From an uncultured Methanomassiliicoccales archaeon (GTDB taxonomy: Archaea > Thermoplasmatota > Thermoplasmata > Methanomassiliicoccales > Methanomethylophilaceae), in assembly GCA_964504055.1 (NCBI GenBank), contig CAZDCU010000005.1, positions 7,802 to 32,000 on the forward strand: a stretch of DNA of 24,199 nt, in the 5' to 3' direction. A program made the translations under genes and the position numbers. Shown here piece by piece: positions 23,685-24,199 of the stretch. Position 1 is the first letter of the stretch. Each line of letters begins with the position of its first letter. A model generated the notes under the pieces. The model was not told where the DNA came from. It worked only from the letters and a program-made list of their open reading frames with translations, and did not search any database.

Positions 23685-24199
23685 TCACTTCTTCTTACCC
23701 TGATTCGCTACGGAAGTCATCTTGGAAGCGATTGCATCCTGATCTCCGAGGAATTTCTTCGAAATGAGTTTCATACTGTCATCGAACTCATAGACAAGAG
23801 GAACTCCTGTGGGAATATTTACTCCGACAATTTCTTCGTCTGAGATATTCTCAATATACTTCACCAGCGCACGTAATGAATTTCCGTGAGCTGCGATGAG
23901 AATTCTTTTTCCTTCTTTCATCTTGGGAACAATCTCGGAAAGATAGAAAGGAACTACACGCTCCACAGTGTCGGCAAGACATTCTGTCAGAGGAAGATTC
24001 TCTTTGGGAACATCTCTGAACATGGGGTTGAATGCAGGATTGCGCTCATCATTCTCTTCCAGTGCGGGAGGTCTTACGTCATAGGATCTTCTCCACAGTT
24101 TAACCTGATCTTCACCGTATTTCTCCGCAGTCTCAGACTTGTTCAGTCCCTGCAGAGCACCGTAGTGCCTCTCGTTGAGCTTCCATGTTTTGTAAACAG
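23685..24199 (-). CDS. gpmA: 2,3-bisphosphoglycerate-dependent phosphoglycerate mutase, C-terminal part (5' end beyond the right edge)
   Basis: The frame stays open upstream of the track ATG (24023) to the window edge: [49 protein letters not shown]..., then ...[17 protein letters not shown]. Confidence 0.9.
   Translation of the reverse strand, partial: VYKTWKLNERHYGALQGLNKSETAEKYGEDQVKLWRRSYDVRPPALEENDERNPAFNPMFRDVPKENLPLTECLADTVERVVPFYLSEIVPKMKEGKRILIAAHGNSLRALVKYIENISDEEIVGVNIPTGVPLVYEFDDSMKLISKKFLGDQDAIASKMTSVANQGKKK

Noticed and set aside
1-24199. CRISPR arrays, rRNA genes, IS elements, integrases
   Set aside because: I saw no regularly spaced 25-40-nt repeats, no rRNA-like sequence, and no transposase or integrase motifs in any listed ORF.

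Overview
Archaeal chromosomal window, identified by eIF2-alpha, Nop10, L44e/S27e, a Dph6-like ligase and an intron-containing tRNA-Tyr with a C1-G72 pair. A Thermoplasmata-type euryarchaeon is my guess and cannot be shown from this window alone. Layout: (1) 1-9340 is mostly core. It holds a partial PlsC-type acyltransferase, a Cys-rich zinc-ribbon ORF, a 1213-aa HRDC/DUF4011-like/Upf1-like SF1 helicase/Vsr-like endonuclease fusion, a peroxiredoxin-like protein, a diphthine-ammonia-ligase-like protein, RpiA, and the conserved archaeal cluster L44e-S27e-eIF2alpha-Nop10-PAC2. (2) tRNA-Tyr(GTA) lies at 9411-9521. It is followed by a visibly AT-richer accessory stretch (about 9522-14940) in two blocks, split by a thioesterase gene of host-like composition. 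Block A holds small orphan ORFs, an AT-rich iteron-like spacer, an N-terminally short COG2865-type ATPase/wHTH protein and a cluster of AATCGATT palindromes. Block B is a single 917-aa HKD(PLD) nuclease / SF2 helicase / long uncharacterised tail gene. (3) 14942-17756 is a NitT/TauT-type ABC importer. (4) 17801-19345 is a compact minus-strand three-gene operon: a 70-aa ORF, a 307-aa protein with a possibly degenerate Fic-like fold plus wHTH, and a MazG-like NTP pyrophosphohydrolase. (5) The remainder holds a pair of membrane proteins, a DAG-kinase-family lipid kinase, a decayed cupin pseudogene followed by tandem dyad repeats, a small membrane protein, MntP, an unlisted 47-aa Lys-rich ORF and partial GpmA. 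No CRISPR array, rRNA, integrase or transposase was seen. The best candidates for undescribed biology are the two stand-alone helicase-nuclease giants, neither with a methyltransferase partner in the window, and the small-ORF/Fic-like/MazG operon. All functional calls come from reading motifs by eye, and none has been checked against a database.
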